Below, piece after piece: positions 61,842-64,000 of a stretch of 64,000 nt of DNA. The first letter of the stretch is position 1. Each line of letters begins with the position of its first letter. The position numbers and the translations under genes are program-made. Origin of the DNA: an uncultured Clostridia bacterium. Its GTDB lineage: Bacteria; Bacillota; Clostridia; Christensenellales; CAG-314. Under the pieces are notes generated by a model. That model did no database searches. It was not told the origin of the DNA and worked only from the letters and a program-made list of their open reading frames with translations. The stretch covers positions 42,951-106,950 of the forward strand of contig CANPXV010000005.1 in NCBI GenBank assembly GCA_947586855.1, written 5' to 3'.

Positions 61842-63170
61842 ATGACTGTAAAAACCAGCAAAATATTGGTATCACTTGTGCTGTGCCTGTGCATAGCAGT
61901 GACACTGACATTGGGTGTGTTTTGTTTTATACCCAGATTCGAATTGAACGGCTTCGGCGACTATTTTCAGTCCGCCTCGGCCGCCGTGCAAAAGAGCGGT
62001 GCGTTTACCGATACGGTAACGGCCAAATACAGCCTCAAATTGGACGAGGATGACGCCACTGCGCAACATGTTGTGGATTCCATCAAGACACGTCTTTCTA
62101 AGGCATATGGCTACTACGGATGCGATGTCGTCTACGACGAGGCTTCCCAAACGGTATCTGTGACGGTCCCCGTATCCGACAACACCAACACGAGGGTCAA
62201 GCCCAGCGCTCAGACCATTCTCGGCACGGTGATAGTGGACGGCAATGTGGAAATTCTCAGCTCTAATTATTCCAGCAGCCCAAGCTACTCTGCCGACAGC
62301 GTTGTGCTTTCTCAGGAGCACTTCAAGCGGGCAAGCGTGCGTAGCTACCTCAATCAAGACGTGACGTTGTATATTTGCAGAGTCAAGCTGACGAGCGAGG
62401 GCAAAGACATTGCAGAAAGCCAGCTTACGGAAAATACTCCCTACACCTGCGCCATTGACGGCACTGTGGAAACTTGGGTGTATTGGACGGGCAGCGAATT
62501 GCAAATCACCTACGCCTACAACGACGAGACCACCAGCGCCGAGCATGCAAACGCTATGGCGGCATATGTCGGCAGTGGTGCGCTCAATGCCACCCTCACC
62601 CAAGAGGGTAGCACCGTCACCACCGAGAACAAGCTCGGTTGGTTGTATCTGTTGGTGTTTGGTCTGATAGTTTTGGGCAGTATCGTATTCTTTGTGGTAA
62701 GATACAAGGCGCTTGGCCTTATCCCCGCCTTTATACAATTGCTTGCAGTGTTTGTGTTCCTGTTCTTTGGGGCGTTGGTGCACCTGGAACTGTTCAATGT
62801 GGCAATGGGCGTAGGCGCTATCCTCGCATATCTGTTTGCAACGTTTTTCAGTGTGTTCAATTTTGAAAGACTGCGCAGCTATCTTGTGGACGGCTCCAAG
62901 AGCTACTCCGCAGCAAGGCACTATGCTTTGGCGTTTACTCGCGACAACCTCAAAAACATTCTCATCGAGGTCATCGCTCACGTCGGACTGCTTGTGTTGG
63001 GTGTCATTTTGTGGGTCATCCCCACGGGCTTCACGGCGCCGCTGGGCAACGCACTTGTGTATGGCGCAGTGCTGTCCTTTGTGGCAACGTTCGGCCTCAA
63101 CAGGCTGTTTGCCCGTATGGTAAACCCCTTCTTCGAAGCGAAATCCACCAAGACCAAGGCAAGTAGATAA
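61842..63170 (+). CDS. divergent SecD/SecF-family protein-export membrane protein (single gene)
   Basis: Topology is one N-terminal TM, a ~230-aa extracytoplasmic domain, then five TMs. ..FNFERLRSYLVDGSKSYSAARHYA.. parallels the SecD/F FERIRE..G.S...A segment. Position is yajC-...-secDF-recJ, as in Bacillus. Confidence 0.6.
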   Translation: MTVKTSKILVSLVLCLCIAVTLTLGVFCFIPRFELNGFGDYFQSASAAVQKSGAFTDTVTAKYSLKLDEDDATAQHVVDSIKTRLSKAYGYYGCDVVYDEASQTVSVTVPVSDNTNTRVKPSAQTILGTVIVDGNVEILSSNYSSSPSYSADSVVLSQEHFKRASVRSYLNQDVTLYICRVKLTSEGKDIAESQLTENTPYTCAIDGTVETWVYWTGSELQITYAYNDETTSAEHANAMAAYVGSGALNATLTQEGSTVTTENKLGWLYLLVFGLIVLGSIVFFVVRYKALGLIPAFIQLLAVFVFLFFGALVHLELFNVAMGVGAILAYLFATFFSVFNFERLRSYLVDGSKSYSAARHYALAFTRDNLKNILIEVIAHVGLLVLGVILWVIPTGFTAPLGNALVYGAVLSFVATFGLNRLFARMVNPFFEAKSTKTKASR

Positions 63171-63241
63171 CAACAAAAAACCAAGTCAAACAGCCTTCTA
63201 ACGTCAGTATAGAAGGCTGTTATGTTTTCTTTCAAACACGT

Positions 63242-64000
63242 ATGCAACGCTATATCAAACGCCCCGTAGAGGACGAAAGCAGTGTCCAATATCTTGAAAG
63301 CAAGGGTGTATCTCGCTGTTTTGCCGAGATACTTGTTGCCCACGGCATAAACGCCCAAAACTACGACGATTTTGTGGGTGACAAGGATACCTTTCACTCG
63401 CCTTTTGACATGCCTAATATGGCCGAGGCGGTGGAAACTATCAGCTATGTGATGGACAGCGGCGGCAAGATACTGATTTACGGCGACTATGACGCCGACG
63501 GCCTGACTGCCGCAAGCATACTTTCGCTGTTTTTCAACGACAATGGTATAGAAAACGACGTCATTGTGCCCACCCGAGACGAGGGCTACGGCTTGCATGC
63601 AGAAAACGTGTTGAGGGCGTTTCAAAACGACTTCTACGATCTCATCATCACGGTGGACTGCGGCATATCCAACGCCGAGGAAGTCAACAAAATCGTTGCC
63701 GAGTTGGGCGTGGAAGTGATAGTCACCGACCACCACGAGTTGCCCGCCCTTTTGCCCGATTGCCTTTGCATAAACCCCAAAATGGGCTACCCTTTCCCCT
63801 ATCTGGCGGGCGCAGGCGTGGCCTGGAAGCTGGTGGAGGCGCTTGCCGGCCGTGATATCGCCGCAAAATACAGTGATCTGGCCGCAGTGGGCACCATCGG
63901 GGATATCATGCCCATGGTGGACGAAAACCGCTCTCTGGTGAGGCTGGGTCTGGCAAATATGCGACACAAAAGCTTGTGCAAGCTGGCAGAGCTGTCCAAC
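63242..64000 (+). CDS. recJ: single-stranded-DNA-specific exonuclease RecJ (3' end outside window)
   Basis: Not in the track because there is no stop inside the window. ATG at 63242; the frame is open to 64000. DHH motifs IYGDYDADGLTA, ..ITVDCGIS.. and ..VTDHHE... Confidence 0.9.
   Translation, partial: MQRYIKRPVEDESSVQYLESKGVSRCFAEILVAHGINAQNYDDFVGDKDTFHSPFDMPNMAEAVETISYVMDSGGKILIYGDYDADGLTAASILSLFFNDNGIENDVIVPTRDEGYGLHAENVLRAFQNDFYDLIITVDCGISNAEEVNKIVAELGVEVIVTDHHELPALLPDCLCINPKMGYPFPYLAGAGVAWKLVEALAGRDIAAKYSDLAAVGTIGDIMPMVDENRSLVRLGLANMRHKSLCKLAELSN

Overview
This is a 64-kb, almost fully coding chromosomal segment. Gene content and order point to an endospore-forming Bacillota (Clostridia-like) genome.

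Three conserved Firmicute blocks are recognisable:
- yqfC-yqfD-phoH-pgpH/yqfF-ybeY-era-(yqzL)-recO (12.8-18.7 kb).
- A dcw cluster, mraZ-rsmH-ftsL-like-PBP-murE-mraY-murD-ftsW/spoVE-murA-ftsQ-ftsA-ftsZ (32.5-45.8 kb).
- ytxC, a Thr T-box with thrS, an L20 leader with infC-rpmI-rplT, a TrmH-family methyltransferase, yebC-ruvCAB-queA-tgt-yajC, a SecD-like gene and recJ (50.3-64 kb; recJ is cut by the window edge).

Between these blocks lie:
- pepF, a YlaJ-like spore protein and deoC.
- A divergent tRNA-Arg(CCG)/tRNA-Leu(CAA) pair.
- A LytS-type kinase with a SARP-type response regulator.
- Metal homeostasis loci: copA-csoR, arsR-HMA-cadA, and an M-box riboswitch with mgtE.
- An ABC exporter pair.
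- A BclA-like collagen-repeat protein next to a SpoVK-type AAA+ ATPase.
- Three orphan genes at 29.8-31.4 kb.
- A flippase-like/GT4 glycosyltransferase pair, two small Cys-containing ORFs, and a stand-alone acpP.

I found no rRNA, CRISPR array, integrase, transposase or recognisable defence system, and no clearly novel multi-gene system.

The observations most worth follow-up are:
1. A recurrent leaderless-mRNA architecture: a consensus -35/-10 promoter with ATG 5-7 nt after the -10 box and no SD. It occurs at five or more genes.
2. One of those genes is an unannotated 74-aa, 10-Cys ORF with its own promoter and terminator.
3. The Cys-capped collagen-like protein beside a tandem (degenerate plus active) AAA+ protein.
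4. An att-like 35-bp duplication of the 3' end of an atypical tRNA-Arg.
5. A Cd/Zn ATPase whose metal-binding domain is split off by a stop codon and a frame change.
6. A single-gene, divergent SecD/F-like protein.

All calls rest on reading translations and motifs by eye. No database search or computation was run.
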